Sequence record: SRR20825006_1074
Strand: one strand, 5' to 3'
DNA length: 64,000 nt
The translations under genes and the position numbers were made by a program. Shown here piece by piece: positions 39,192-49,481 of the stretch. Each line of letters starts with the position of its first letter. Positions within the stretch are counted from its first letter, which is position 1. The notes beneath the pieces were generated by a model. That model made no database searches and was not told where the DNA came from. It saw only the letters and a program-made list of their open reading frames with translations.

Positions 39192-39806
39192 ATGGTTGAC
39201 CAATCCGACAGTGAACGCCACGCCAGCAAAATGGCCAAAAAAAAGGCCGCGCGCGATAAAATCATGGCCACCAAAACAGATCAAAAGGGCCTGATCATCA
39301 TCCACACGGGCAAGGGCAAAGGCAAATCCTCGGCCGCCTTCGGGATGATCTTCCGCTGTATCGCCCATGACATGAAATCCGCCGTGGTACAGTTTATCAA
39401 AGGGGGGATGGACTGCGGCGAACGCGATCTGATCACCGCCAAATTCGCAAATCTGTGTGAATTTTATACGATGGGCGAGGGCTTTACCTGGGAAACCCAA
39501 AACAAAGAGCGCGACATCGAAATGGCGCAGGCCGCTTGGGAAAAGGCCAAAGAATTGATCCGCAATCCCGAGAATAAAATGGTGCTTTTGGATGAGATCA
39601 ACATCGCGCTGCGCTATGATTATATCGACGTCAACGATGTGGTGGCGTTTCTGAGCACCGAAAAACCGCCGCTCACCCATGTCGTTCTGACAGGACGAAA
39701 TGCCAAAGACGAACTCATCGAAATAGCCGATCTGGTGACTGAAATGGAGCTGGTGAAACACCCGTTCCGCTCTGGCATCAAAGCCCAAATTGGCGTGGAA
39801 TATTAA
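39192..39806 (+). CDS. cobO: cob(I)yrinic acid a,c-diamide adenosyltransferase
   Basis: HTGKGKGKSSAAFG, QFIKG, GEGFTW, LDEIN, LTGR, KHPF; GGAGG SD before ATG 39192. Confidence 0.96.
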   Translation: MVDQSDSERHASKMAKKKAARDKIMATKTDQKGLIIIHTGKGKGKSSAAFGMIFRCIAHDMKSAVVQFIKGGMDCGERDLITAKFANLCEFYTMGEGFTWETQNKERDIEMAQAAWEKAKELIRNPENKMVLLDEINIALRYDYIDVNDVVAFLSTEKPPLTHVVLTGRNAKDELIEIADLVTEMELVKHPFRSGIKAQIGVEY

Positions 39807-39861
39807 ACTCGATGGCCCTCACGTTTCTCGGCATCTGATGCACGACCAGAGGGCCGTGGCG

Positions 39862-40902
39862 TCAAAGTGAGGCTTCGACCTTAAACTCATCTGGGATCGT
39901 ATCGCGCCCCTCCAGCACCAGATCCATCAGCACTTTGGCCGCCATTGGCGCCATGCCAAAGCCGATTTTAAAGCCGCCATTGGCGATGAAATGGCCGGGG
40001 CGATCGGGCCAGGCCCCCAACATCGGCGCGCGCGATTTGGCACGGGGCCGCACCCCGGCCCACCGTCGGAGTTCACGCCCCTCGCGCAGGGCCGGGATCA
40101 ACGCTCGCGCCCGCTCTAACACTGCATCCGCCTGTTCATCGGTCTGGTCAGGACTGTCAAAAATCCGTTCCGAGGTCGATCCAATCGCCGTCGTGCCGTC
40201 TGCGTGCGGGATCACATGCAGGCTTTCCCCATAAAGCTGCGGCGCATCGTTCAGAGCCAAATCCAGCAGGATCGCCTGTCCTTTGACCCCATTGCCAACC
40301 TCACGCCCAAAGGCCGCGTTCAAATCCTTCAGCCCCCACCAGCCGCTGGCATGGATCACAGCGCCCTCAGCCGCGCCCTCGCGCACAACCTCTCCGCCCA
40401 GCGCCGTGATCGCCGCCGCCAGCGCTGCGCAAGCGCGCCATGGGTTCAGCCGCGCGGAGAGGGTGTCGTGGATCAGATAGCCAGTGGGGCTGATTGGAGC
40501 CCAATATCCGGTCTCGCCTTGGCTGATGACCTGCCACAGGGCCTTGCCTTGCCACAGCGTTTTTGCCTGTTCCGCGCGCTCATGGGCGAGGCCCAATTGA
40601 CGTGCATCCGCGATGGCCTGAACCCGCCCCATCGAACCATACCCCGACGAGACACCGCCAATGTCTTCGACCTCCGGCCAATGGGTCCGCGCCATGATCA
40701 GACTTTGAAATTGAAACTCTTTTTTCGCATTCCAGCGCTCCGGCGTATGCGGGGCCAAAGCGCCGACAACACCACCGGAGGAGCCAAACCCAACGCCGTT
40801 GGGATCAATCACCCGCACCTTTGCGCCACGCTTCGCCGCTTCATAGCCGCAGGACAGGCCAAAGGCCCCGGCCCCGTAAATGGTGATCTCTGCTGTGCCC
40901 AT
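39862..40902 (-). CDS. FAD-dependent oxidoreductase (DAO family; probable MnmC oxidase half)
   Basis: GAGAFG Rossmann motif, VKGQ, WAGVRP, GFKIGFG; divergent from mnmD. Confidence 0.85.
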   Translation of the reverse strand: MGTAEITIYGAGAFGLSCGYEAAKRGAKVRVIDPNGVGFGSSGGVVGALAPHTPERWNAKKEFQFQSLIMARTHWPEVEDIGGVSSGYGSMGRVQAIADARQLGLAHERAEQAKTLWQGKALWQVISQGETGYWAPISPTGYLIHDTLSARLNPWRACAALAAAITALGGEVVREGAAEGAVIHASGWWGLKDLNAAFGREVGNGVKGQAILLDLALNDAPQLYGESLHVIPHADGTTAIGSTSERIFDSPDQTDEQADAVLERARALIPALREGRELRRWAGVRPRAKSRAPMLGAWPDRPGHFIANGGFKIGFGMAPMAAKVLMDLVLEGRDTIPDEFKVEASL

Positions 40903-40978
40903 GTGCGCAATTATCCATTGTACTCGCGCGCGCCGATCTTCATGGTCGCGCGTAATCAATCCTTTCATAAGCCATCCC

Positions 40979-41644
40979 ATGACTGACCACCAGACAGCCC
41001 AAATCGAATGGCGCGACGGAACCATTCCCGTCTCGACCCGCTTTGACGATCCGTATTTCTCGCTCGCTTCCGGGCTTGAGGAAACGCGGCATGTGTTCCT
41101 GGCGGGCAATGACTTGCCAGCACGACTGTGCGATGGGTTTCATGTGGCGGAACTGGGCTTTGGCACCGGGCTGAACATGCTCGCCTTGGCCTTGATTTGG
41201 AACGGGCCGGGCGTGGTGCGGTTTACCTCCTTTGAAGCCTTTCCGATGGACAGAGCCGACATTGCCACGGCACTCGATGCCTTTCCCGAAGCCCGCGCCA
41301 TTGCCGATCCGTTCCTGACGGCATGGCACACAGGCGCGCGGCAATTTCGGCTGGGTCAGATCGAGGTGGACGTCAAAATCGGTGATGCCCGCGACACGCT
41401 GCGCGCATGGGACGGATGGGCCGACGCGTGGTTTTTGGACGGGTTTTCACCCGCGAAAAACCCCGAACTTTGGGGCGAAGACATCATGACCGACGTCGGT
41501 CGTCACACCGCGCCAAACGGCACATTCGCGACCTATACGGCGGCCGGGCATGTGCGGCAAAAACTCACCGATGCCGGGTTCACCGTATCGCGTGTTCCCG
41601 GCCATGGCCGCAAACGTCATATGAGCATCGGGGTAAAATCATGA
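40979..41644 (+). CDS. mnmD: tRNA mnm5s2U34 methyltransferase (MnmC methyltransferase domain)
   Basis: FDDPYFS, ETRHVFL, ELGFGTGLN, AWFLDGFSPAKNPELW, ATYTAAG. Confidence 0.92.
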   Translation: MTDHQTAQIEWRDGTIPVSTRFDDPYFSLASGLEETRHVFLAGNDLPARLCDGFHVAELGFGTGLNMLALALIWNGPGVVRFTSFEAFPMDRADIATALDAFPEARAIADPFLTAWHTGARQFRLGQIEVDVKIGDARDTLRAWDGWADAWFLDGFSPAKNPELWGEDIMTDVGRHTAPNGTFATYTAAGHVRQKLTDAGFTVSRVPGHGRKRHMSIGVKS

Positions 41645-42531
41645 GCATCACCAAATCAGAGACCAACCCCCGCCTTGGCGTCTTGCTCATGGTGCTCACC
41701 ATGTTCATTTTCGCTATGCAGGACGGTATTTCCCGTCACCTCGCTGGCGAATACAATGTCTATATGGTCCTGATGATCCGCTACTGGGTCTTCGCGGGCT
41801 TTGTGATCTTGTGGTCGATGCGTGCGCAGGGCGGCTTGCGCCGGGCCATGCGCAGCGCCCAGCCCAAATTGCAATTCTTTCGCGGCGCGATCTTGGCCTT
41901 TGAGGTCATCATCATGGTGATCGGCTTTGTCAAACTTGGCCTGGTGGAAAGCCATGCAATGTTTGCCTCTTACCCGCTGATCATCACCGCCCTGTCTGCT
42001 CCGATCCTGGGCGAAAAGGTCGGTTGGCGGCGTTGGCTTTTGGTGCTGATCGGCTTTGTCGGCGTGTTGATCATCCTCAATCCCGGCGGCGGCGTCATGT
42101 CCCCCGCTGCAATCTTCCCACTTGCCTCTGCGGTCTTGTTTGCGCTCTACGGCCTGCTCAACCGCTATGTCGCGCGCAAAGACCCCTCGTCGGTGACCTT
42201 CTTTTACACCGGGATCGCAGGGGCGGTGGTCACGACCTTGATCGGCATGTGGCATTGGGAGGCGATGACCTTGACCGATTGGGCGTGGATGGGATTGCTC
42301 TGCGCGACCTCGACCACGGGGCATTATTTGTTGATCCGCGCCTATGAGCTGTCCGAGGCCTCAGCGATCCAACCGCTGGCCTATTTCCAACTGGCGTTTG
42401 CGTCCATTTTGGGAGTGGTGGTGTTTGGCGACGCGGTGCGGATCAATGTCGCGGTGGGGGCCAGCCTTGTGGTCGCCGCCGGGATATTCACCTTTTTGCG
42501 CAGTCAAATGAAGAGCCGCAACCGCGCTTGA
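41641..42531 (+). CDS. DMT/EamA family transporter
   Basis: About 10 TM segments, LGEKVGWRRW; starts MSITKSETN at 41641. Confidence 0.9.
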   Translation: MSITKSETNPRLGVLLMVLTMFIFAMQDGISRHLAGEYNVYMVLMIRYWVFAGFVILWSMRAQGGLRRAMRSAQPKLQFFRGAILAFEVIIMVIGFVKLGLVESHAMFASYPLIITALSAPILGEKVGWRRWLLVLIGFVGVLIILNPGGGVMSPAAIFPLASAVLFALYGLLNRYVARKDPSSVTFFYTGIAGAVVTTLIGMWHWEAMTLTDWAWMGLLCATSTTGHYLLIRAYELSEASAIQPLAYFQLAFASILGVVVFGDAVRINVAVGASLVVAAGIFTFLRSQMKSRNRA

Positions 42532-42537
42532 GTCGCT

Positions 42538-44478
42538 TTACCTTGACGCCAAATCTTTGGACAGGGTGATTGGCCCGGTCTCACCATGCAAACGCGCCCG
42601 GTAAACAGGCAGGCTTTCCGCCACCCGCATCACGTAATTCTGCGTCTCTCGAAAGGGGAGATGTTCGATCCAATCCACCGGATCGACCTTGCCCCCACGC
42701 GGATCACCAAACCGCGTGATCCAATCGCGCGCGCGCGACGGACCGGCGTTATATCCAACCGCGATGAGTGGAATGTTATGGCCGAATTCCTCTTCGAGCT
42801 GTGCCAGATAGGCCGAGCCAAGCCGCGCATTGAGGATCGGATCATCAAGCTGGGCTTCTTCAAAGCCCGTAATGCCCAATTTCTCCGCCATAGCCGCCCC
42901 GGTACGCGGCATCAATTGCATCAGCCCACGCGCGCCCACACCGGAGCGCGCTTTCGGATAAAATTCGCTTTCACGCCGGGCAATTGCCATGGCCAGCTCC
43001 GGCTCCACCGGTAAATCTGCCTGTGCCATGGCATGAAGCGGATAATAGGCCCGGTTCAACACAATGCCCTGATCGGCGGCAAATTTCGCCACCAACACCG
43101 CCAAGTAAGGATCAAGATCCAGCGCCATGTCGCCCAGCTGGCCCAATTCCTGCGGAGAAAGGCTTTCGCCCAAATGGCGCAGAAATCGCGCGGCCAAGGG
43201 CGCATCCCCGGCCTCATCCAACAACACGGCGGCTTTGAGCACCGAAGAGCCCATAAACGCCGCCTGTTTGTAATCGGCAAAACGCAGCTCCCCGGTCAGG
43301 GCCGGATCAAGGCTTCGGCCAATTTTCTCCGCCGACAACAGGCCGTAAAACGCGGTCTGAAACTGCGCACCAAAGGCATAGGCAGCGGCGGCATCATCTG
43401 CGGCCCCCATCGCCTCCAAGGCGCGGCCTTCCCAATAGCCCGCCCGCCCCAAAGAGATCGGCGTGCTCACAGACACCCGGAAACGGTTGAAATGATCGAG
43501 CGCCAGCGCCGGGTCATCCAGATAGCGCAGAGCGATATAGCCCGACAGCCATTCGAGATCGGCGTAATGGTCCTCCTCTGCGCTCAGCCCATGGCGGGAG
43601 GCGGCAGCATAGGCGATTTGCGCCTTGCCGTCGCGCATCATTTGCCGCGCCAAAGTGCGGCGACGATTGCCCCAGTCTTCGGGATTGCCCAAACCTTCGC
43701 GCCCGGTGGAACGTTGTAGCAAAAGCGTCATCGCATCCTCATTACGACCACGCCGCACGCGCCATTCAAACCGCGCATGGGCCAAAACCGGATGGTCAGC
43801 CAGCGCGCCGGGCACCTCGGCCAGCGCTGCATCCACACCCGCCTCATCGCGCATCAATTTGCGGGTGGCGGCGATCAATTTGTCCCATCCGGTGGGCAAA
43901 CGCGGGATCATCCGCGCGGCATCGTCAAACCGCTCGGCCCAAAGAAGCATTTCGGCGCGCGCAACATGGTGCGGCGCTAAAATGGAGGCGTAGCGCGCCG
44001 CCAACCCCTCTTCGGATTTGGCATCCATTGGCAATGTGTTCCACACCAGAACCGTTTGCGCCTGTGCATCGGCATTCATGCCACGGGCCTCATAGGCCGA
44101 AATCATCCGCACCGCGCCCACGCCTGTTTGCGGCGGATAAGCATTAAGATAATCTAAAACCGCACTTGGCTCGGCATCTGCCGGGATCGTCGCCTCGCCT
44201 TTTTCGGCCAAAAGCGGCAGACCCGGCCAATCGGGGTTGCGCTTTAAAAAACTCTGATACTCGGCGAAACTCCCCCGCCCTGCGCGCAACCGGTTCCATT
44301 CAATGATGTCTACCCCAACGCCCTGCGCCTCGCTTTTGGCCAGATTCCAATCGCCGGACCACTGCGCCTCATAGGCGCGCACCAACGCGTCCGATTGCGG
44401 TGACGCATCGGCGGGAAGGGCAAAAAATAAAGATATTCCAAAGGCGTAAACAGCCTTTGCCGGGAGGAAACGGTGCAT
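42538..44478 (-). CDS. soluble lytic murein transglycosylase (Slt70-like)
   Basis: IARRESEF, GARGLMQLMP, YNAGP, PFRETQNYV. Confidence 0.92.
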   Translation of the reverse strand: MHRFLPAKAVYAFGISLFFALPADASPQSDALVRAYEAQWSGDWNLAKSEAQGVGVDIIEWNRLRAGRGSFAEYQSFLKRNPDWPGLPLLAEKGEATIPADAEPSAVLDYLNAYPPQTGVGAVRMISAYEARGMNADAQAQTVLVWNTLPMDAKSEEGLAARYASILAPHHVARAEMLLWAERFDDAARMIPRLPTGWDKLIAATRKLMRDEAGVDAALAEVPGALADHPVLAHARFEWRVRRGRNEDAMTLLLQRSTGREGLGNPEDWGNRRRTLARQMMRDGKAQIAYAAASRHGLSAEEDHYADLEWLSGYIALRYLDDPALALDHFNRFRVSVSTPISLGRAGYWEGRALEAMGAADDAAAAYAFGAQFQTAFYGLLSAEKIGRSLDPALTGELRFADYKQAAFMGSSVLKAAVLLDEAGDAPLAARFLRHLGESLSPQELGQLGDMALDLDPYLAVLVAKFAADQGIVLNRAYYPLHAMAQADLPVEPELAMAIARRESEFYPKARSGVGARGLMQLMPRTGAAMAEKLGITGFEEAQLDDPILNARLGSAYLAQLEEEFGHNIPLIAVGYNAGPSRARDWITRFGDPRGGKVDPVDWIEHLPFRETQNYVMRVAESLPVYRARLHGETGPITLSKDLASR

Positions 44479-44648
44479 GATATGGTCTAAGTCTTTTGAG
44501 GCTGCTCGGGCTTTTGCCTATAGCTTAACAACCGCACAATCCGCAGCAATACTGATTCTTGGCATTGGCTGCGAACACGGCTAGTTTCCGCCGGACAATT
44601 CACGGGCGACTCACGCCCAATTTATCCAAAGACGAAAAGGAGCGTTCG

Positions 44649-45521
44649 ATGTTCAAAGGATCCATTCCTGCACTGGTGACGCCGTTTAAAGACGGCAAAC
44701 TGGATGTCGAGACGCTCAAGACCCTCGTTGAGTGGCATATCGAACAGGGGTCAAACGGGCTTGTTCCGGTGGGCACCACGGGCGAATCCCCGACGCTGAG
44801 CCATGACGAACACAAACGCGTGATCGAGATCGTGGTGGAAACCGCTGCGGGCCGCATTCCGGTGATTGCGGGCGCGGGGTCGAACAACACAGTCGAGGGC
44901 ATCGGTTTTATCGAACATGCCGCCAAAGTGGGGGCCGACGCCGCCCTCGTGGTCACGCCCTATTACAACAAGCCGACGCAAAGAGGCCTGATCGCGCATT
45001 TCACCGCCATGCATGACGCCGCCGAATTGCCGATCGTGATTTACAACATTCCGGGTCGTTCAGTGATCGACATGACGCCTGCGACCATGGGCGAATTGGC
45101 GAAATTGCCGCGTATCATCGGCGTCAAGGATGCCACCGGCGATTTGTCACGCGTGCCAAAAACCCGTCTGGCCTGTGGCACCGATTTTGTTCAGCTCTCG
45201 GGCGAAGATGCCACCGCACTTGGCTTTAACGCCCATGGTGGGGTTGGCTGTATTTCCGTGACCGCCAACGTCGCGCCGAAACTCTGCGCTCAGATGCAGG
45301 CGGCCACGTTGGCCGGTGATTACGCCACGGCTTTGGAGATCACCGACAAGTTGATGCCGCTGCACATCGCGATCTTTGCCGAACCCGGTGTGGTCGGCGC
45401 AAAATACGCCCTGTCGCTTTTGGGCCTGTGCTCTGACGAGGTCCGTTTGCCTCTGACCCCGCTTTACGAGGACACAAAGGACCTGATCAAAGAGGCGATG
45501 GAACACGCTGGTTTGCTCTAA
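44649..45521 (+). CDS. dapA: 4-hydroxy-tetrahydrodipicolinate synthase
   Basis: ALVTPF, GTTGES, PYYNKP, YNIPGRS, GVKDA. Confidence 0.96.
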   Translation: MFKGSIPALVTPFKDGKLDVETLKTLVEWHIEQGSNGLVPVGTTGESPTLSHDEHKRVIEIVVETAAGRIPVIAGAGSNNTVEGIGFIEHAAKVGADAALVVTPYYNKPTQRGLIAHFTAMHDAAELPIVIYNIPGRSVIDMTPATMGELAKLPRIIGVKDATGDLSRVPKTRLACGTDFVQLSGEDATALGFNAHGGVGCISVTANVAPKLCAQMQAATLAGDYATALEITDKLMPLHIAIFAEPGVVGAKYALSLLGLCSDEVRLPLTPLYEDTKDLIKEAMEHAGLL

Positions 45522-45543
45522 GCCATCCTCACATTCTCACAAC

Positions 45544-45570
45544 AAAAGGGGCCTTTCGAGGCCCCTTTTT
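45544..45570. terminator. bidirectional intrinsic terminator
   Basis: AAAAGGGGCCT-TTCG-AGGCCCCTTTTT between convergent genes. Confidence 0.88.
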
Positions 45571-45573
45571 ACA

Positions 45574-46014
45574 TCACATCCGATGACGGCTCTCCAATTG
45601 GTTGCGCCGCACATGGCGCAGCACTTCCATCAACAGCGCCGTCATCATCCCGATGTTCAACAACCCGTTGGTCGCCGCCATTCCGGACAAAAGCCGCCAT
45701 TCCTCCGGCAACAAAAGATCGCCAAAGCCCAGCGTGGTGAAGGCCACGAGCGAGAAATACAGCGCCTCTTCGAAATGGGCAAACAGGCCGATCATGCGAA
45801 AGGCAATCGCCCAAATCCACACGCCCGCCGTAATCATCCACAACACCGCGACCACCGCCGCCATCAGCACCAGCGCCAATTTCGGTCCATGCGGTTCGCG
45901 GGTCAGCCAATTATGCGCCCGTTGTAGTACCAGTTCGAGCAGCAAGAACCCCAAGGCGGCAACAAAAACCGACAGGACGATCAGGCCCGTGCCTACGAAA
46001 ATCTGAAGAAACAT
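45574..46014 (-). CDS. potassium-channel pore domain protein (Ion_trans_2)
   Basis: ALYFSLVAFTTLGFGD selectivity-filter-like motif. Confidence 0.87.
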   Translation of the reverse strand: MFLQIFVGTGLIVLSVFVAALGFLLLELVLQRAHNWLTREPHGPKLALVLMAAVVAVLWMITAGVWIWAIAFRMIGLFAHFEEALYFSLVAFTTLGFGDLLLPEEWRLLSGMAATNGLLNIGMMTALLMEVLRHVRRNQLESRHRM

Positions 46015-46119
46015 CTGTGCTCCAAGCCGAATTCATACCGAATTTCGGCGAACTTGGCAGAATTGAGCCACGCAGGCCAGTGGACAGATCGCCTCTGAGT
46101 GCTTATCTGACGCTCTACC

Positions 46120-46602
46120 ATGGCCAATAAAAAACAAACACCCGAAGAAAAGAACTACAAGGTCATCGCCGAAAATCGGCGGGCCCGCTATGACTATGCC
46201 ATCGAGAATGACATAGAATGCGGCATTGTATTGACTGGTTCCGAGGTCAAATCCATGCGGACCGGCCAAACCAACATCGCCGAAAGCTATGCCTCGGTCG
46301 ATGATGGCGAGCTTTGGCTGACCAATTCCTACATCGCGCCCTACCAACAGGCGATGTTCCCGCATGAAGAACGCCGCAAGCGCAAACTTTTGGTTTCGAA
46401 ACGCGAATTGGCACGCCTTTGGCAGGCCACAGGGCGGCAGGGCATGACGCTTGTCCCTTTGGTGATGTATTTCAACCATAAGGGCCGTGTTAAAATCAAA
46501 CTCGGCATCGCCAAGGGCAAAAAGAACCACGACAAACGCGCCACCGAAGCGGAGCGCGATTGGGGTCGGCAAAAACAGCGGTTGCTGCGTCACGGCGATT
46601 GA
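46120..46602 (+). CDS. smpB: SsrA-binding protein
   Basis: [31 protein letters not shown]. Confidence 0.97.
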   Translation: MANKKQTPEEKNYKVIAENRRARYDYAIENDIECGIVLTGSEVKSMRTGQTNIAESYASVDDGELWLTNSYIAPYQQAMFPHEERRKRKLLVSKRELARLWQATGRQGMTLVPLVMYFNHKGRVKIKLGIAKGKKNHDKRATEAERDWGRQKQRLLRHGD

Positions 46603-46752
46603 TCCACCGACCTGCCTGCGCGCGCTGACGTAGCGTTCTGGCGGGAAAATCTCCGAAAATCTCCCCTGAAAGGCCCCGCCTCGGCCTGCCATATTATCGT
46701 CCACAACGAACAGATTTGCGCGGTGCCGGTCTGACAAAAGGACGTTTTGAAT

Positions 46753-47043
46753 ATGGAACAGCTCATTATGTCGCTCGTGGCAGGGGCCGTTGGCGGCAAC
46801 GTCGGGGGCGCTGCTCTTAAAAACCTGAGCTTGGGCACTTTGGGCAATTCCTTGGCTGGGATCGTCGGCGGTGGCCTTGGCGGTCAACTCCTTGCCATGC
46901 TTGGCGCAGGTGGCATGGGGGACGTGGTTGCAGGGGCTTCCGGCCTTGATATCGGCGCGCTGGTGCAACAAGCCGCAGGCGGTGGTGTCGGTGGCGTCAT
47001 CGTGATGGCCATCGTGGGGCTGATCAAAAACAAGATGGCCTAA
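46753..47043 (+). CDS. Gly-rich small membrane protein
   Basis: GAVGGNVGG...GIVGGGLGG glycine-zipper helices; AAGGA SD. Confidence 0.8.
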   Translation: MEQLIMSLVAGAVGGNVGGAALKNLSLGTLGNSLAGIVGGGLGGQLLAMLGAGGMGDVVAGASGLDIGALVQQAAGGGVGGVIVMAIVGLIKNKMA

Positions 47044-47152
47044 AACGAGGTCGCGTTGGCACGAGTCATCCAGTGTTACGGGTTTTCTATCGGTACGAGT
47101 GTCTCTGGTTTCAAGTGTCGTGCAGTTATGAGTATCAGGTCAAACTGACCTT

Positions 47153-47176
47153 GGGGGCCTTGTGCCCCCTTTTTTT
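47153..47176 (+). terminator. intrinsic terminator
   Basis: GGGGGC-CTTGT-GCCCCC followed by T7. Confidence 0.8.
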
Positions 47177-47266
47177 ATGTCCACATGCGGACCAGCCGGG
47201 TACATCGCTTGCATGGTCCCAACTGGGCCTGTATGGCAGAAGACGTCACCCCAAAAAGGTCGCACC

Positions 47267-48121
47267 ATGCCCGACAGTGATCCAAAAACCCTAGTTTCCA
47301 CAGAGTGGCTTGCCGAGCATCTTAAGGCGCCCGAACTTCGTCTTATTGACGCAAGCTGGTACATGCCCGCCGATAATCGCGATTGCCGGTCCGAATATGA
47401 GGCCGAGCACATCCCCGGCGCCCGGTTTGTCGATGTCGATGAGGTCGCGGACCTGCGCTCTGATCTGCCGCATATGCTACCGCCCGTTGAAAAATTCATG
47501 TCCCGGATGCGCGAGCTTGGCATCGGTGATGGTCATCAGGTTGTGGTTTATGACACCGCAGGCGTGTTTTCCGCGCCGCGCGTGTGGTGGATGTTCAAAT
47601 ATTTCGGCCAAGACAATGTGGCCGTGCTTGATGGCGGGTTGCCGAAATGGAAGGCCGAGGGCCATCCCGTGACGGCCGAGCCGCCGACCATCCGCGACCG
47701 CCATATGATCACCGAGATTCGACCCGAACTGCTGCGCGACGTGACACAGGTCGCGGCCTCCTCGAAGCTGGGCGATTACACGATCATTGATGCGCGCTCG
47801 GCCGCACGGTTCAAAGGCGAGGCCCCTGAGCCCCGGCCCGGTCTGCGCTCCGGCCATATTCCGAATTCCCGCAACGTGCCCTTTCAGGAGCTTTTGACCC
47901 CGCAGGGCACGTTGAAATCCACGGACGATCTTCGTGCGGTGTTCATGGGCGCGGGGGTCGATCTTGCTAAACCGGCGATCACCACCTGTGGGTCGGGGAT
48001 AACCGCCGCCATTTTGGGCCTCGCGCTCACCCGTCTTGGGGCGACTTTCTCGCTTTATGACGGCTCTTGGGCAGAATGGGGCATGTACGGCGACCTGCGT
48101 GTCGCAACTGGAGAAGCGTAA
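47267..48121 (+). CDS. sseA: 3-mercaptopyruvate sulfurtransferase
   Basis: Two rhodanese domains; HIPGA, DGGLPKW, CGSGITA active loop, YDGSWAEW. Confidence 0.94.
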   Translation: MPDSDPKTLVSTEWLAEHLKAPELRLIDASWYMPADNRDCRSEYEAEHIPGARFVDVDEVADLRSDLPHMLPPVEKFMSRMRELGIGDGHQVVVYDTAGVFSAPRVWWMFKYFGQDNVAVLDGGLPKWKAEGHPVTAEPPTIRDRHMITEIRPELLRDVTQVAASSKLGDYTIIDARSAARFKGEAPEPRPGLRSGHIPNSRNVPFQELLTPQGTLKSTDDLRAVFMGAGVDLAKPAITTCGSGITAAILGLALTRLGATFSLYDGSWAEWGMYGDLRVATGEA

Positions 48122-49305
48122 TGCTGAGCACTCTGAAACCGCAACCTGCGGATAAAATCCTCGAACTGATGGCGCTGTATCGCGACGATCCGCGCGACAC
48201 TAAAATCGACCTTGGCGTTGGCATTTATAAAAACGCCGATGGCGAAACCCCGGTGATGCGGGCGATCAAAGCCGCCGAAAAGCAGCTTTGGGAGGTCGAG
48301 ACCACCAAAAAATACACCGCCCTGTCTGGCGATCCGGCCTTTGGTGCGGCGATGAAAACGCTGGTTTTGGCGGACAGCGTCGATCACGCCCGCGTTGGCG
48401 CGATTGCGACGCCGGGCGGCACAGGTGCGATTCGCCAAGCGTTTGAATTGGCGAAGTTGGTGAACCCGGGTGTGACCATCTGGACGTCAAACCCGACCTG
48501 GCCGAACCATGTGTCGATCATCAAATTCATGGGGCTGACCAACAAGTCCTACGCCTATTTCGACGAGGCCAATTGCACCGTCGATTTCGACGCGATGATG
48601 GAGAGCCTCAAAGAGGTGAAATCCGGCGACGTGGTGTTGTTGCATGGCTGCTGTCACAACCCAACCGGCGCCAATTTGACGCTCGAACAATTCGATCTAG
48701 TGGCCGACTTGATCCTTGAGAAAGGCGCGATGGCGCTGGTCGATATTGCTTACCAAGGCTTTGGCGACGGTCTTGAAGAAGACGCCGCAGCGACCCGTCT
48801 TTTGGCCGCAAAACTGCCGGAAATGCTGATCGCGTCGAGCTGTTCGAAAAACTTCGGGATTTACCGCGAGCGCACCGGCTGTCTCATGGCAGTCTCCGAG
48901 AAGGCCGAACAGACCGCCGTGACCCAAGGCACGTTGAACTTTCTCAACCGTCAAAACTATTCCTTCCCGCCCGATCACGGCGCGCGGTTGGTGACGATGA
49001 TCTTGAACGATGCGGCGTTGAAAGCCGATTGGATGGCGGAACTTGAAGAGGTCCGTTTGGGAATGTTGGGGCTGCGCACGCAACTCGCCGATGAACTGCG
49101 CCGTCTGACCAATTCGGATCGGTTCGACTTCATCGCCAAACACCGCGGCATGTTCTCCCGCATCGGGGCGACACCCGAAGAGGTTTTGAAACTGCGCGAA
49201 GACTACGGCATCTACATGGTCGGGGATTCGCGTTTGAACATCGCCGGGTTGAACGCCGAAACGGTGCCGATTCTGGCGGCGGCTGTAGCGAAGATCTGCA
49301 AATAA
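48121..49305 (+). CDS. aspartate/aromatic amino acid aminotransferase (AspC/TyrB family)
   Basis: KIDLGVGIY, PGGTGA, HGCCHNPTG, DIAYQGF, SCSKNFGIY-ERTG. Confidence 0.93.
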   Translation: MLSTLKPQPADKILELMALYRDDPRDTKIDLGVGIYKNADGETPVMRAIKAAEKQLWEVETTKKYTALSGDPAFGAAMKTLVLADSVDHARVGAIATPGGTGAIRQAFELAKLVNPGVTIWTSNPTWPNHVSIIKFMGLTNKSYAYFDEANCTVDFDAMMESLKEVKSGDVVLLHGCCHNPTGANLTLEQFDLVADLILEKGAMALVDIAYQGFGDGLEEDAAATRLLAAKLPEMLIASSCSKNFGIYRERTGCLMAVSEKAEQTAVTQGTLNFLNRQNYSFPPDHGARLVTMILNDAALKADWMAELEEVRLGMLGLRTQLADELRRLTNSDRFDFIAKHRGMFSRIGATPEEVLKLREDYGIYMVGDSRLNIAGLNAETVPILAAAVAKICK

Positions 49306-49334
49306 TCCGCGGGCCTGATCGCGATACGACATCC

Positions 49335-49366
49335 AAGAGCGCGCCTGCGGGGGCGCTCTTTTTTTT
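49335..49366 (+). terminator. intrinsic terminator
   Basis: AAGAGCGC...GCGCTCTT followed by a T run. Confidence 0.8.
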
Positions 49367-49481
49367 GTGGGTCGGCCCCGCAGAGCCGATTGCGATCTGT
49401 CACACTGGACACACTTTCAAAGATCATAATCACACCTATCTATATATCAGACTTTCAATTCTCCCCTCCAAAGGACTCAGC

